In this document: piece after piece, positions 17,801-18,348 of the stretch
Numbering within the stretch: position 1 is the first letter of the stretch
Layout: every line of letters begins with the position of its first letter
Assembly (NCBI GenBank): GCA_043228905.1
Contig: JBHGNT010000654.1
Span: forward strand, 1 to 18,348
Origin: Azolla caroliniana
Lineage: Eukaryota > Plantae > Polypodiophyta
Direction: 5' to 3'
Length of the DNA: 18,348 nt
Notes under the pieces: generated by a model
What the model saw: the letters and a program-made list of their open reading frames with translations, nothing else
Told to the model about the DNA's origin: nothing
The model's database searches: none
Program-made: the position numbers and the translations under genes

Positions 17801-18348
17801 GAACGTGTTGGACATCCTTCAGTAGCATCTTGCATCTGGTTGGTGTTGTCAGCCACACGTCTCCCATGCCGACAATTCGGCATGTACCTTCATTCCCCAT
17901 ACGGACACAACCGTGATCACCGGATGAGTAGGATGAGAAGCATATCCGGTCCGGGGTAAGGTGGAACGACGCTCCGGAGTCTACCACCTAGGTCATCTCG
18001 TCGCCGGCAAGGTTTATCTCACTCTCCTCGGTGATGAGCATCAACTCTTCTTCACTTGCCGCGATTGCCGTCGTTCCCTTCCGGTCCGGCCCCCTCCGGT
18101 CTTTACCGTTCCGGTCCGGGGTTTGCTTCGAATCGGTACCGTCGGTTTCCTTGTCTTGACGGAAATGCCGACAGTTCTTTTGGAAGTGTCCCGGCTTGCC
18201 GCAATAGAAGCAAGTAGGTCTCCCCCTTGACTTTGACCGTGTCCCCGACTTCTCCCGCTTCTGGGGACTACGGTTTCTATGTCTTCCGCGTTCCGATTCG
18301 GTAAGAAGCTCTTTGGAGTCGGAGCTCGTATCTTTGTCTTTCCGATGC
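14893..18348 (-). pseudogene. Copia C gag-pol pseudogene
   Basis: Collinear with the B polyprotein from the end of gag (CFYCGKPGHFQKNC, ~18171-18212) to RNase H. Stops at 17988 (W>*), 16677 (Q>*) and 15448 (W>*), plus a ~34-bp frameshifting deletion near 15611. Confidence 0.95.

Larger units (their letters stand above)
14223..18348 (-). mobile_element. Disabled Ty1/copia element C, sister family of B; 5' part outside the window
   Basis: LTR, PPT and pol are homologous to element B. The outer LTR boundary is uncertain (14223-14232). Confidence 0.93.

Overview
This is eukaryotic repetitive DNA with no host gene, most likely from a land plant. The element types suggest a non-seed plant such as a fern or lycophyte, but that is inference. 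The window is a stack of nested retroelements, all on the minus strand. The oldest layer is a decayed Ty3/gypsy element: 3' LTR ~3440-4635, pol pieces at 4700-7095, 12455-12819 and 13374-14076, and the gag/protease tail to ~14222. Four insertions interrupt it: (i) a young, intact Tnt1/Tork-like Ty1/copia element (7096-12454; 622-bp LTRs differing at 3 sites; CTTAC TSD; 1357-aa polyprotein); (ii) a 554-bp solo LTR (12820-13373; 4-bp TSD); (iii) a disabled sister copia (~14223 to window end); (iv) apparently an older copia of another family (LTR 2924-~3439, PBS, gag). The gag of that older copia is itself split by a ~2.06-kb insert (~351-2410) that looks like a 5'-truncated Penelope-like element (PLE). 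The insert carries an RT C-terminus with no downstream GIY-YIG domain, a well-formed type I hammerhead ribozyme (1019-1077) and 3'-terminal degenerate plant telomere-like repeats, C-rich in the element's sense. The second highlight is a complete -1 ribosomal frameshift cassette at the gypsy gag-pro/pol junction (14012-14076): G_GAU_UUU, a 6-nt spacer and an H-type pseudoknot. All analysis was done by eye, without database searches or folding software.
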